The position numbers and the translations under genes are program-made. Shown here one piece after another: positions 1 to 9,260 of a stretch of DNA of 52,496 bases (position 1 is its first letter; each line of letters opens with the position of its first letter). The notes under the pieces are model-generated. The model searched no databases and had not been told where the DNA came from. It saw only the letters and a list, made by a program, of their open reading frames with translations. The stretch is from Anaerolineales bacterium. Its GTDB lineage: Bacteria; Chloroflexota; Anaerolineae; Anaerolineales; DRMV01. The DNA is taken from positions 1 to 52,496 of the forward strand of contig JALUDX010000055.1 in NCBI GenBank assembly GCA_027053355.1, given 5' to 3'.

Positions 1-78
1 CTCCCGCACCCCCACGCCAACCCCCACCCCCGGCTCATAAAAGCCGCGCTTGCCCCTCTCCCGTGGAAGGAAGAAAAC

Positions 79-462
79 ATGCCCCGCCTTGCTGACCGAC
101 TGAAAGTGGAAATCGTTACCCGCGCAGTGGGCAGCCTGAACCATTGCTTTCACTGCCAGGTCTTCATCGACGACGTCGGCGTTGGGCAGCAAATCCACCG
201 CGAAGACCTGACCGCCTACCCCGCGGACGTGCAGGCCGAGTGGAATCGCCTTGTCGCGTTGGTGGGACGGTTAGGCGCTCGCTTCCCCGACCGGCTGTTC
301 GTGCAGGTCACCGACGCCCAATCGCCGCGCGGCTTGTGGCTGGCGCTGCGCGGGGTGCGCCGCTACCCGGCCTTCCTGATTGCGGGCGAGCGCATTTTCG
401 GCTGGGACGAGGAGGCCATTGCCCAGGCCATCGCCCGGCATCTGCCTTCGCTGCCGCGATGA
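79..462 (+). CDS. hypothetical protein (127 aa)
   Basis: Complete ATG-TGA ORF preceded by GGAAGGAAG. It contains a CFHC motif. I recognise no family by eye. Confidence 0.5.
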   Translation: MPRLADRLKVEIVTRAVGSLNHCFHCQVFIDDVGVGQQIHREDLTAYPADVQAEWNRLVALVGRLGARFPDRLFVQVTDAQSPRGLWLALRGVRRYPAFLIAGERIFGWDEEAIAQAIARHLPSLPR

Positions 463-468
463 TATAAT
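460..468 (+). promoter_or_regulatory. extended -10 promoter element TGATATAAT upstream of clpC
   Basis: Perfect TGnTATAAT about 100 nt upstream of the clpC ATG, overlapping the stop of the preceding ORF. No clear -35. Confidence 0.45.
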
Positions 469-565
469 GAAAGCGCCGCGTCGCCCTGCTTTTCGCACCC
501 GCGGCCACCCCTGCTGAGGCCATCGGAAAGGTCACCACAAAAATTTCTGCAGGAAGGTTCCCCCC

Positions 566-3070
566 ATGATGCGTTTTGATCGCTTCACCGAGCGAGCGCA
601 AGAGGTTGCCCAGCGGGCAGCCGAACTCATCCAACGCTACGGTCACACCCAAATCGACACCGAGCACATCTTGCTGGCCCTGCTGGAGCAACCCGAAGGC
701 ACGGTGCCGCAAATTTTGGAACTGCTGAACACGCCCACACCGACGTTGATTCAGCAGGTCGACCACATCCTCCGCACCACGCCCAAGGCCAACATCTTTG
801 GCGGCGGCGCGGGGCAAATTTTCATCACCCCGCGCGTCAAGCGCATTGTCGACATGGCCAATCAGGAAGCGAACCGCCTGCAAGACGAATACATTTCCAC
901 AGAACACCTCTTCCTGGCCATTCTCAACGAACGCAACACCCCCGCGGCCACCCTGCTGGCTTCGGCGGGCGTCACCAAAGAGCGGGTGTACCGCGCTATT
1001 CAGCAACTGCGCGGCGGCCAACGGGTCACCGACCGCCGGGCGGAAAGCCGCTACCGCGCTTTGGCCAAATACTCGCGCGACCTGACCCAATTGGCCCGCG
1101 AAGGCAAACTCGACCCGGTCATCGGCCGCGATGGCGAAATTTTGCGGGTCATTCAGGTGCTTTCCCGGCGCACCAAAAACAACCCCGTGCTCATCGGCGA
1201 GGCGGGCGTGGGCAAAACGGCCATCGTCGAAGGGCTGGCGCAGAAAATCGTCAGCGGCGACGTGCCCGAAATCCTGGCCGGCAAGCGGGTGGTCTCCCTC
1301 GATTTGGGCGCCATGATTGCCGGTTCCCGCTTTCGTGGCGACTTCGAAGAGCGCCTGAAGGCCGCCATCGAAGACGTCAAGCGTTCTGAAGGCGAAATCA
1401 TCCTCTTTATTGACGAATTACACACCGTGGTGGGCGCGGGCGCGGCCCAGGGCGCGATGGATGCTTCCAACATGCTCAAGCCCGCGCTGGCGCGCGGCGA
1501 GTTGCAATGCATCGGCGCGACCACCCTCGACGAATACCACAAATACATCGAAAAAGACGCCGCGTTAGAGCGCCGCTTCGCGCCTGTGTATGTGGAAGAG
1601 CCGAGTATCGAAGATACCATCGAAATGCTGCGTGGCCTGCGCGACCGTTACGAAGCCCACCACCGGGTGCGCTTTACCGATGCAGCGTTGGTAGCCGCGG
1701 CGCGGCTTTCCAGCCGCTATGTGACCGACCGTCACCTGCCCGACAAGGCCATTGACCTGATCGACGAAGCCGCGGCCAAACTGCGGGTGGCGCTCTATTC
1801 CCTGCCCCCGGCCCTCAAAGCCAAAAAAGCGGAAATCGACCGCCTGATCGCGGAGGAAGAGCAAGCCCGCGAAGCCCGCGACTACGAACGCGCGGCCAAC
1901 AAGAAAATGGAACGTCTGCGCCTGGAAGAGGAATTCCAGCAGCAGCGCGCCGCCTGGGAAGCCGAAAACCAACTGGACGAAGTGGTGGATGCCGAAGACA
2001 TCGCGGAGGTGGTCTCCCAGTGGACGGGCATTCCCGTGACCCAGATGATGGAAACCGAAGCCGAGCGCCTGCTGCACATGGAAGAGCGCCTGCACGAGCG
2101 CATCGTGGGGCAGCACGAGGCCATTGCGGCCATTTCCGACGCCATCCGCCGCGCCAGATCAGGGCTGAAAGACCCCCGCCGCCCCATCGGGTCGTTCATC
2201 TTCATCGGCCCCTCGGGGGTGGGCAAAACCGAACTGGCCAAGGCGTTAGCCGAATTCCTGTTCGACGACGAAGACGCCTTAGTGCGGGTGGACATGAGCG
2301 AATACCGCGAGCAGCACACGGTTTCGCGGCTGTTTGGCGCGCCGCCGGGCTATGTGGGCTACGAAGAAGGCGGGCAACTCACCGAAGCCGTCCGCCGCCG
2401 CCCTTACCGGGTGATTTTGTTCGACGAAATCGAAAAAGCCCACCCCGAAGTGTGGAATTCGTTGCTGCAGATCCTCGACGATGGCCGCCTCACCGACGGC
2501 CAGGGGCGGGTGGTCGACTTCCGCAACACGGTGATCATCATGACTTCCAACCTGGGCACCGAATTCGTGCGCAAATCGGGTTCGTTGGGCTTCCTGCAAG
2601 GGGAAAGCAACGGCGACGAAGACCGCAAGGCGCAGGAAAAAATCGAGAAAGCCCTGAAGGCCACCTTCCGTCCCGAATTTCTCAACCGCATTGACGAAAT
2701 CATCATGTTCTCGCCGCTGAGCAGGGAAGAAATGCAGAAGATCGTGGATCTGCAGATGGCCGAGGTCGCCGAGCGGCTGGCCGAGCGCGACCTGACCGTG
2801 CAGTTGACCGAGGCGGCGCGTGATTACTTGGCGGAAATCGGCTACGACCCCGACTTTGGCGCCCGCCCGCTGAAGCGCGCCCTGCAGAAACACATCGAAG
2901 GCCCCTTGGCCATCCGCCTGCTGAGCGGCGAATTTGCCCCTGGCGACGCCATCGAAGTGGATGTGGAAGAAAACGAAGCCGGCGAAAAGGGCGTGGTGTT
3001 CCGCAAAGTAGAAGGCGCCCCTCGAGACGAGGCAGAGGCCAAGGCTCCCGAGCCCAACGCTGAGGCCTGA
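566..3070 (+). CDS. clpC: ATP-dependent Clp protease ATP-binding subunit, ClpC type
   Basis: 834 aa with two Clp_N repeats. NBD1 has GEAGVGKT and ILFIDELH. The short UVR-like middle domain reads [23 protein letters not shown]2 has GPSGVGKT and [21 protein letters not shown]. Confidence 0.93.
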   Translation: MMRFDRFTERAQEVAQRAAELIQRYGHTQIDTEHILLALLEQPEGTVPQILELLNTPTPTLIQQVDHILRTTPKANIFGGGAGQIFITPRVKRIVDMANQEANRLQDEYISTEHLFLAILNERNTPAATLLASAGVTKERVYRAIQQLRGGQRVTDRRAESRYRALAKYSRDLTQLAREGKLDPVIGRDGEILRVIQVLSRRTKNNPVLIGEAGVGKTAIVEGLAQKIVSGDVPEILAGKRVVSLDLGAMIAGSRFRGDFEERLKAAIEDVKRSEGEIILFIDELHTVVGAGAAQGAMDASNMLKPALARGELQCIGATTLDEYHKYIEKDAALERRFAPVYVEEPSIEDTIEMLRGLRDRYEAHHRVRFTDAALVAAARLSSRYVTDRHLPDKAIDLIDEAAAKLRVALYSLPPALKAKKAEIDRLIAEEEQAREARDYERAANKKMERLRLEEEFQQQRAAWEAENQLDEVVDAEDIAEVVSQWTGIPVTQMMETEAERLLHMEERLHERIVGQHEAIAAISDAIRRARSGLKDPRRPIGSFIFIGPSGVGKTELAKALAEFLFDDEDALVRVDMSEYREQHTVSRLFGAPPGYVGYEEGGQLTEAVRRRPYRVILFDEIEKAHPEVWNSLLQILDDGRLTDGQGRVVDFRNTVIIMTSNLGTEFVRKSGSLGFLQGESNGDEDRKAQEKIEKALKATFRPEFLNRIDEIIMFSPLSREEMQKIVDLQMAEVAERLAERDLTVQLTEAARDYLAEIGYDPDFGARPLKRALQKHIEGPLAIRLLSGEFAPGDAIEVDVEENEAGEKGVVFRKVEGAPRDEAEAKAPEPNAEA

Positions 3071-3078
3071 ACGCCTCA

Positions 3079-3087
3079 TGATAAAAT
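3079..3087 (+). promoter_or_regulatory. extended -10 promoter element TGATAAAAT for the ATPase cassette
   Basis: TGnTAAAAT in the A/T-rich spacer 9 nt after the clpC stop and 43 nt before ATG 3130. Confidence 0.45.
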
Positions 3088-3129
3088 AACATAGGGTATT
3101 GTGCTGTACTCCTTCCCTTGGAGCCCCTC

Positions 3130-4308
3130 ATGAGCAATCCCGTGCTTCGTATCGAAGGCAGATTAGGCCCTGTGTCCTCGACGGATATCGAAATCCGTCC
3201 CTTGACGGTGTTCATTGGGCCGCAGGGGACAGGGAAATCCCTGGTCTCGCAAATGGTCTATTTCTTCGAGAATTTACGCTTTCTGGTGCGCTATTATGAG
3301 GCTCGCTTGGGGCCCGATGTTTCGGATGAAAAAATCATTCGCAAAATACTGGACGATTTGCGTAGTCAAGAGCGAGCGTTGGGCGTTTTTGCCAACCCCT
3401 CTGTGACGCTCTGTTGGCGTTCAGGGGGGGCGACAGAATTATGTTTCAGTATGGAACGGCGCAACCGCCAAATTCGTCCCCAACAATCGTTAGCCGATGC
3501 TGTAAACGCAAGCCGAATGCGAGAAAACGCGCCCGTAGCGCCCGTTTTTGGGAGCGCCCTTTTTGTTCCGGCGGAACGAGTTTTGTATTCACACGCCAGT
3601 GGCCCCGCTGCCTGGCAAGTATTGTCCTTGCCATCGACCCTTACCTTGTTTGCGGAGGCAATGGATCGGGTAGGGAAACGATTCGACGATATCCACCGCG
3701 CGTCGGCTGTGGTCAAGAAGTTGTGGCTGGAGGTTTTAGGGGGTGAGGTGCACCGCCACGGTGAGCGATGGAAGTGGCAAGCCGATGGGCACACGCAAAT
3801 GGACATCGATATGGCTTCTTCGGGGCAAAAGGCCAACTGGCCTTTGTTGGCGTTGGCTGAGGCTTTGCCAGTATGGAAAAACGACCGTGAAATTGCAACG
3901 CCTTTTACCCTCCACGTGGAAGAACCGGAGATTCACCTGCATCCCAAGGCGCAAACCCGCCTGGTAGAATTACTGGCCTCTCTGGTCAAGCAAGGCTTTC
4001 GGCTGGTGCTGACGACCCATTCGCTGACGGTGATTTACAAACTCAACAACCTCATTCTGGCTTCAGGTTTGGAAGGGGAAACAGATAACAGTTTGCCCGC
4101 GCCAGAGGCGCGGCTTCTGCCCTCGCAGGTGGCCGCTTACCTTTTTCACCCTGATGGCACCATTGAAAATCTTGTCGATGATGAAACCGGCTTCATCAGT
4201 GAAGCACCGCTTGGCGAAATCGGCGATCAGTTGATGGAAGAAATGAACGCCATCATGGCACGGCGGGTGATGCATGATGAAATTCGTGAACAACTGATGG
4301 AAGTGTAG
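3130..4308 (+). CDS. AAA_15/AAA_21-type ABC ATPase (OLD / PtuA / GajA / AriA-like clade)
   Basis: Walker A FIGPQGTGKS, signature-like SSGQKANW, Walker B/D-loop LHVEEPEIHLHP and H-loop LTTHS. GGAG lies 6 nt before ATG 3130; the ORF track starts at the in-frame TTG 3118. The sequence is visibly A/T-richer than its flanks. Confidence 0.8.
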   Translation: MSNPVLRIEGRLGPVSSTDIEIRPLTVFIGPQGTGKSLVSQMVYFFENLRFLVRYYEARLGPDVSDEKIIRKILDDLRSQERALGVFANPSVTLCWRSGGATELCFSMERRNRQIRPQQSLADAVNASRMRENAPVAPVFGSALFVPAERVLYSHASGPAAWQVLSLPSTLTLFAEAMDRVGKRFDDIHRASAVVKKLWLEVLGGEVHRHGERWKWQADGHTQMDIDMASSGQKANWPLLALAEALPVWKNDREIATPFTLHVEEPEIHLHPKAQTRLVELLASLVKQGFRLVLTTHSLTVIYKLNNLILASGLEGETDNSLPAPEARLLPSQVAAYLFHPDGTIENLVDDETGFISEAPLGEIGDQLMEEMNAIMARRVMHDEIREQLMEV

Positions 4309-4309
4309 C

Positions 4310-4867
4310 ATGGAGCGATTGTCTTCGTGCCCCCATGGCCCTGCCTTGATAGAGCCTCAAACGGGCCAACGGCTGGATTTTGGCGATAGTGCTGTGGCAT
4401 ATCGATTGCGGCGAAATGTAGATTTTTGGCCCGGCGACCGCAGCCCCGACGGCGTGGTGATCGGCAGATACGGCGAAAGAACTTGGGTTTGCTTCGTAGA
4501 GATGAAGACGTCGACGCGCAGCGCATCATCTGCCCACGCGTGGAGCCAGTTGGAGATGGGCGTCACGCATTTTGCTCCGAGCACCTCCTGCGACGGCGCA
4601 AGCCTGCGAACCCACGGCGACAGCCACCACGAACGATGGCGAAGTGGGAGTGACCGCCTGGAAATATGGCCAGAAAAAGAGCACTGTGTGGCAGCCGTAA
4701 AAATACTTTGGCGCAATGGGCCTCGCCCCCGCCCAAAAATCAGGGAAATGTGTGGTAAAAAGGTGCGCTTTGTTGTGATGGGTTTGAGTTTGAAAAAACA
4801 AAACGAAGTTTCGCTTGCTTTCGAAGCGTTTGGTCAAAAGGCCACTTTGCCAGTACATGGATGCTAA
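4310..4867 (+). CDS. hypothetical protein with PD-(D/E)xK-like motif (candidate nuclease partner of the ATPase)
   Basis: The ATG lies 1 nt after the ATPase TAG. S-P-D47 ... E64-M-K66 (SPDGVVIGRYGERTWVCFVEMK) has typical PD-(D/E)xK spacing. It is the longest ORF in this interval. The odd Trp/His/Cys/Arg-rich composition leaves coding status uncertain. Confidence 0.5.
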   Translation: MERLSSCPHGPALIEPQTGQRLDFGDSAVAYRLRRNVDFWPGDRSPDGVVIGRYGERTWVCFVEMKTSTRSASSAHAWSQLEMGVTHFAPSTSCDGASLRTHGDSHHERWRSGSDRLEIWPEKEHCVAAVKILWRNGPRPRPKIREMCGKKVRFVVMGLSLKKQNEVSLAFEAFGQKATLPVHGC

Positions 4868-4885
4868 AACAGGAGGAGGTTCCCC

Positions 4886-5443
4886 ATGATCAAAGATGCC
4901 CTCAAAGACGCCGAACACCGAATGCAAGGTGCGGTGCGGGCGTTGGAGGAAGACCTGGCCGCTATCCGCACGGGCCGCGCGTCGCCCGCCCTGGTCGAAC
5001 GCTTAGAGGTGGAATACTACGGCACGCCCACGCCCTTGCTGCAACTGGCCGCGATCAGCGTGCCCGAACCGCGGCAACTGCTCATCAAACCCTTCGACCC
5101 CTCCACCCTGCGGGCAATCGAGCGCGCCATCCAAACTTCCGATCTGGGTCTCAACCCCAACAACGACGGCAAAAACATCCGCCTGATTTTGCCGCCGCTC
5201 ACCGAAGAGCGCCGCCGCGAACTGGTGAAAGTGGTGCACCACCGGGTCGAAGAAGCCCGCATCGCCATCCGCAACATCCGCCGCGACGTCAAAAAAGACC
5301 TCAAAGAATTCGAAGACGAAAAACTCATCTCTGAAGACGAACGCAAGCGGGCAGAAGACAAACTGGACGATCTGACCAAGGAATACATCGAGAAGGCCGA
5401 GGCCGTGGGCGAGCGCAAGGAAAAAGAAGTGATGGAGGTGTGA
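4886..5443 (+). CDS. frr: ribosome recycling factor
   Basis: 185 aa with the full-length RRF pattern ([39 protein letters not shown]). AGGAGGAGG RBS. Confidence 0.97.
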   Translation: MIKDALKDAEHRMQGAVRALEEDLAAIRTGRASPALVERLEVEYYGTPTPLLQLAAISVPEPRQLLIKPFDPSTLRAIERAIQTSDLGLNPNNDGKNIRLILPPLTEERRRELVKVVHHRVEEARIAIRNIRRDVKKDLKEFEDEKLISEDERKRAEDKLDDLTKEYIEKAEAVGERKEKEVMEV

Positions 5444-5444
5444 C

Positions 5445-6191
5445 TTGCCTTCCACGCCGCCCGAAGACAACCTCCGGCCTGACCCTACTTGGGAAATCCC
5501 GGCTCACATCGCCATCATCATGGACGGCAACGGGCGCTGGGCGCGCGAGCGACGCCTGCCCCGCTTGGCCGGCCACCGCGCCGGCACCGAAAACCTGCGC
5601 CGGGTGATCCGCGCCTGCGTAGAGTTTGGGGTGCATTACCTGACCGTGTACGCCTTTTCCACCGAAAACTGGGCCCGCCCCAAAGAAGAAGTGGACGGCC
5701 TGATGGAAATCATGGAAGAGTTCATTGACAAGGAACTGGATGAACTGGATGCCGAAGGCGTGCAAATTCGCCATGTGGGTAAACTGGAAGGCGTGCGCCC
5801 GCAATTGCAGATCAAAATTCGCGAGGCCATCGAACGCACCCGCCACAACCAGCGATTGGTGCTCAACGTGGCCTTCAACTACGGCGGCCGCGACGAAATC
5901 GTCCAGGCCGTGCGGCGCATTGTGGAAGATGGCATTCCCGCGGAGGCCATCACCGAAGAAACCATTGCCAGCCGCCTCTACACCGCCGGCCTGCCCGACC
6001 CCGACCTGGTCATTCGCACCTCGGGCGAAGTGCGCATCAGTAACTTCCTGCTCTGGCAATCGGCCTATGCGGAATGGTACTTTACCCCGGTGTTTTGGCC
6101 TGATTTTGGCCGCCAACACCTGTTAGAGGCCATCGCCGACTACAACCGCCGCGAGCGCCGCTTTGGGCGGGTGCTCGACCCCGATGAATAG
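5445..6191 (+). CDS. uppS: undecaprenyl-diphosphate synthase (cis-prenyltransferase)
   Basis: Motifs [27 protein letters not shown] and [21 protein letters not shown]. The TTG start lies 1 nt after the frr stop. Confidence 0.94.
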   Translation: MPSTPPEDNLRPDPTWEIPAHIAIIMDGNGRWARERRLPRLAGHRAGTENLRRVIRACVEFGVHYLTVYAFSTENWARPKEEVDGLMEIMEEFIDKELDELDAEGVQIRHVGKLEGVRPQLQIKIREAIERTRHNQRLVLNVAFNYGGRDEIVQAVRRIVEDGIPAEAITEETIASRLYTAGLPDPDLVIRTSGEVRISNFLLWQSAYAEWYFTPVFWPDFGRQHLLEAIADYNRRERRFGRVLDPDE

Positions 6192-7020
6192 CCCTGCCAT
6201 GCTCAAACAACGTGTGCTTGTAGCCCTCATTCTCCTGCCTGTGGGGATAGCACTCATCCTCTGGGGCGGCCTGGCCTACCTGGCTATGGTCGCCTTTTTT
6301 ATGGCCATCGCCGTGTGGGAATACGCGCACCTGTTTGCCAGGTTAGGGCGCCGGCCCGCCGCGGGGCTGATGGTGTTGGGGGTGCTCGCGCTGGTTGGCG
6401 CGCGCTATTGGCTCGGCTTTCGCGGCACCGCGCCCTTGGTGGTCGCCCTGATGCTGCTCTTATTGCTCTACCACATGGCCGATTACGCCCGCGGCGCAGA
6501 CGAAAGCGGCACCGACTTTGCCGTCTCCCTCAGCGGTGTTCTCTACCTGGGGCTGCTGGGCGCGTACATGATCTCGCTGCGTCAGTTGCCGGGCGGCGTT
6601 TGGTGGGTGTTGCTCACCTTGCCCACCATCTGGCTGGCCGACAGCGGCGCGTATTTCATCGGCCGGGCCTGGGGGCGCCACAAACTCAGCCCCCGCCTCA
6701 GCCCCAAAAAGACCTGGGAAGGCTACCTCGGCGGTATCCTCACCGGCGTGGCCGGCGCGGCCCTGTTGGCCTGGGGCATGACCGCTTTGGGAAAAGGCGC
6801 CCTGCCCGCGGGGCTCACCCCTTCCTCCGCCGCCGCATTGGGCTTGCTGCTCAGCGCCCTCGCCCCCCTCGGCGACCTGGCCGAAAGCATGTTCAAACGA
6901 CAAGCCGCGCAAAAAGATTCCGGCCATCTGCTCCCCGGCCACGGTGGCGCGTTCGACCGCATTGATTCCTGGTTGTGGGCTGGCGTGCTGGCTTATTATT
7001 TCGTCTTACTCGTCTCTTGA
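6184..7020 (+). CDS. cdsA: phosphatidate cytidylyltransferase
   Basis: Polytopic protein with the C-terminal signature [12 protein letters not shown] ... [36 protein letters not shown] 6184 overlaps the uppS stop (ATGAATAG). The ORF track starts at the upstream in-frame TTG 6163. Confidence 0.9.
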   Translation: MNSPAMLKQRVLVALILLPVGIALILWGGLAYLAMVAFFMAIAVWEYAHLFARLGRRPAAGLMVLGVLALVGARYWLGFRGTAPLVVALMLLLLLYHMADYARGADESGTDFAVSLSGVLYLGLLGAYMISLRQLPGGVWWVLLTLPTIWLADSGAYFIGRAWGRHKLSPRLSPKKTWEGYLGGILTGVAGAALLAWGMTALGKGALPAGLTPSSAAALGLLLSALAPLGDLAESMFKRQAAQKDSGHLLPGHGGAFDRIDSWLWAGVLAYYFVLLVS

Positions 7021-7243
7021 TGACTGTTCAGCCTTGGCGAGGAGAAACCACAGATTACGCAGATTTCGCAGAAAAACATCCACAGATTGCCCAGATGAGC
7101 ACAGACTGAGCGAAAAACACAACCCCCCTCCGTTTCTTGGCGCGTTTGGCGTCATCTTGGCGACTTTGGTAACCTAAAAATCCGTGCACATCCGTGACGC
7201 TCCGTGTTGTCCGTGGTCTATTTCTTTGTGGCCGAACAGTTAC
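7020..7243 (+). mobile_element. MITE, GTAACNGTTCAGCC-TIR family (copy A1)
   Basis: Ends are ATGACTGTTCAGCC and GGCCGAACAGTTAC. A perfect 8-bp direct repeat GTCTCTTG flanks it at 7012-7019 and 7244-7251. The interior is built of CAGAT and CTTGGCG short periodic units. Confidence 0.8.
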
Positions 7244-7273
7244 GTCTCTTGAACCCCAATAAAGGAGGCCGTA

Positions 7274-8263
7274 ATGTGTGAAACTTCTGTTCCCACGCGC
7301 AACCTGGCGTTGGAATTGGTGCGCGTGACCGAAGCCGCGGCCATGGCCGCGGGGCGGTTTATGGGGCGCGGCGACAAAAAAGCCGCGGACCAGGCCGCGG
7401 TCGACGCCATGCGCTTGGTGCTCAATACTATCGATATGGACGGCATCATTGTCATCGGTGAGGGTGAAAAAGACGAAGCCCCTATGCTTTACAACGGTGA
7501 ACACGTGGGCACGGGCGAGCCGCCCCAGGTTGACCTGGCTGTCGACCCCATCGACGGCACCCGCCCTGTGGCCAACGGCCTGCCCAACGCTATCGCCACT
7601 GTGGCCGTAGCCCCCAGAGGCACCATGTTCGACCCTGGCCCCTTCGTGTATATGCACAAAATCGCGGTGGGCCCCGAGGCGCGAGGCATGATCGACGTCG
7701 AAGCCCCGGTGGAAGTCAACCTGCGGCGCATTGCGCGGGTCAAGGGCAAAGACGTCCGCGACCTCACGGTGGTGATCCTGGATCGCCCCCGCCACGAAAA
7801 ACTGATCGCCGAGGTGCGGCGCTTGGGTGCGCGCATCCGCTTGATCCCCGATGGCGATGTGGCCGGCGCGCTGATGACGGCGTGGCCCGATTCGGGCATC
7901 GATGTGCTCTTGGGTATCGGCGGTACCCCCGAAGGTGTGTTGGCGGCCTGTGCGCTGCGCGCGATGGGCGGCGAAATTCAAGGCAAACTCTATGCCCGTA
8001 ATGAAGACGAACTGCGCCGCGGCCAGGAAATGGGCTACGACTTCGACAAAGTGCTCACCATGGACGACCTGGTTGCCTCGAACGACGTCTTCTTCGCTGC
8101 CACCGGCATCACCGATGGCGAGTTGCTGCGCGGGGTCAAATACACCGGCGACGGCGCCCGCACCTACAGCCTGGTGGTGCGCGGCCTGACCGGCACCGTC
8201 CGCGAGGTGATTGCTTTTCACCGCTTAGAGAAACTGCGCCGCTTTAGCCCCGTGGATTACTGA
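7274..8263 (+). CDS. glpX: class II fructose-1,6-bisphosphatase
   Basis: 329 aa with GlpX motifs (DGIIVIGEGEKDEAPML, DLAVDPIDGT, GIGGTPEGV). AAAGGAGG RBS. Confidence 0.95.
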   Translation: MCETSVPTRNLALELVRVTEAAAMAAGRFMGRGDKKAADQAAVDAMRLVLNTIDMDGIIVIGEGEKDEAPMLYNGEHVGTGEPPQVDLAVDPIDGTRPVANGLPNAIATVAVAPRGTMFDPGPFVYMHKIAVGPEARGMIDVEAPVEVNLRRIARVKGKDVRDLTVVILDRPRHEKLIAEVRRLGARIRLIPDGDVAGALMTAWPDSGIDVLLGIGGTPEGVLAACALRAMGGEIQGKLYARNEDELRRGQEMGYDFDKVLTMDDLVASNDVFFAATGITDGELLRGVKYTGDGARTYSLVVRGLTGTVREVIAFHRLEKLRRFSPVDY

Positions 8264-8366
8264 GCAGCCCCCAATACCCCTCGCCAATGACCGCATCCCC
8301 TCTGTAGCGCCAGAATTGCAACGAAATTGCAATGCTTTTCGGGCCGTTTTCGGGTATACTAAAAGC

Positions 8367-8411
8367 GTCGGACGCCTGGGTGCCCCCCTCACTCAGGCGT
8401 CTGACATTTTA
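8367..8411 (+). terminator. candidate intrinsic terminator downstream of glpX
   Basis: A 12-bp stem (GTCGGACGCCTG / CAGGCGTCTGAC, one G-U pair) with a 15-nt loop, followed by ATTTTA. Confidence 0.4.
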
Positions 8412-8444
8412 AGCGTAAGCCCCTTGAAGGGAGGCCACAGTCCT

Positions 8445-8987
8445 ATGGTGTCGCTGGCGGACGAACGACGGGCAGACCCGAACTTAGAGGCTTCCAACGA
8501 GGCCCAAGCCGTGCGGCGGGGCACGGGAAAGCGATTGTCTATCGTGCCGTTGCGCCCTGAAGATCAACGAGAGGCCAAATCTTTGATTCTGGCGGGCATG
8601 GAAGAACACTGGGGCGTGCTGGATGAAAGCAAAAATCCGGATCTGAACGATATTGCCGCTTCCTATGCCGATGGTGTTTTCTTGATAGCATGGCAACAGG
8701 GGGAAATGGTAGGGACAGGAGCGTTTCGGCCGGTATCTGACAAAACGGTAGAAATCGTCCGAATGTCGGTGAAGAAAGAAAAACGGCGCCAGGGCATAGG
8801 CGGCGAAATCTTGAAGGCATTGTGCCGCCGCGCTTTTCAACGAGGCTTCACACGGGCGATTCTGGAAACCACGGCGACTTGGGAAGAAGCGGTGGCCTTT
8901 TACCAAGCCTTTGGTTTTGAAATAACACACCAAACGGGTGGCAACTTGTATTTTGCCATGGATTTACAAAGGTGGGCAGCCGATTGA
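8445..8987 (+). CDS. GNAT family N-acetyltransferase
   Basis: Acetyl-CoA motif VKKEKRRQGIGGEILKAL and C-terminal AFYQAFGFE. GAAGGGAGG RBS before ATG 8445. Lower G+C than its neighbours. Confidence 0.85.
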   Translation: MVSLADERRADPNLEASNEAQAVRRGTGKRLSIVPLRPEDQREAKSLILAGMEEHWGVLDESKNPDLNDIAASYADGVFLIAWQQGEMVGTGAFRPVSDKTVEIVRMSVKKEKRRQGIGGEILKALCRRAFQRGFTRAILETTATWEEAVAFYQAFGFEITHQTGGNLYFAMDLQRWAAD

Positions 8988-9019
8988 CGGACGAAACCGG
9001 GGGGCTTTTCAAAAATCTT

Positions 9020-9260
9020 GTAATTACCTACCCAGAAGCGCTGCAGTGGCTTTTTGCCCTCACCTTACCCCCGCTGTGCGCCCCCTCTCCTCTCCCATTG
9101 GGAGAGGAGAGGGGGCTGAGCCACTACCCTGAGCGAAGTCGAAGGGGGCGGCTCTGGGGGAGTGGTGAGGGCGAGCAAGGTGTAATGTTGTTTCATGGCA
9201 TGGCAGAGTTATTGGGATATTGCTTGTCAACCTCGTTTTCAGCGCAGGGTAGGTAGTTAC
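9020..9260 (+). mobile_element. 240-nt MITE, GTAATTACCTACCC-TIR family (copy B1)
   Basis: TIRs are GTAATTACCTACCC and GGGTAGGTAGTTAC. Flanked by the direct repeat CAAAAATCTT(G) at 9010-9020 and 9261-9271. The core is a 17-bp perfect hairpin, GCCCCCTCTCCTCTCCC-ATT-GGGAGAGGAGAGGGGGC. Confidence 0.8.

Noticed and set aside
308-1090. Long antisense or out-of-frame ORFs throughout the track. Examples are 308..1090 minus, 7055..8221 minus, 10454..11689 minus, 37114..39063 plus, 50823..51998 minus and 51173..52480 plus.
   Set aside because: They overlap genes with unambiguous family motifs on the other strand or frame. Their translations are Arg/Gly/Ala/Pro-rich low-complexity sequence, typical of shadow ORFs in high-G+C DNA.
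3071-4885. The ATPase cassette as part of a prophage, integrative element or toxin-antitoxin module.
   Set aside because: No integrase, att-like repeats, tRNA target or phage genes lie nearby. The ATPase is far larger than typical TA components. The cassette is retained as a candidate defence pair instead.
4357-4927. Minus-strand ORFs (4357..4716 and 4526..4927) as alternatives to the 185-aa plus-strand ORF.
   Set aside because: They are shorter, one overlaps the frr start, and they lack RBS or operon logic. The plus-strand ORF is coupled 1 nt after the ATPase stop.
8316-8444. A direct repeat ATTGCAACGAAATTGCAAT and a TATACT hexamer as a promoter/operator for the GNAT gene.
   Set aside because: The spacing between the TTGCAA and TATACT hexamers is 22 nt or more, and there is no extended -10. 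The evidence is too weak to call.
8972-9256. Apparently conserved small proteins: the 94-aa ORF here and the 76-aa ORF at 12289..12519 share ITYPEALQWLFALTLPPL.APSPLPLGEERGLS...
   Set aside because: The conservation is explained by two copies of the same 240-nt MITE. The ORFs run through a perfect hairpin and TIRs, and no RBS is present.
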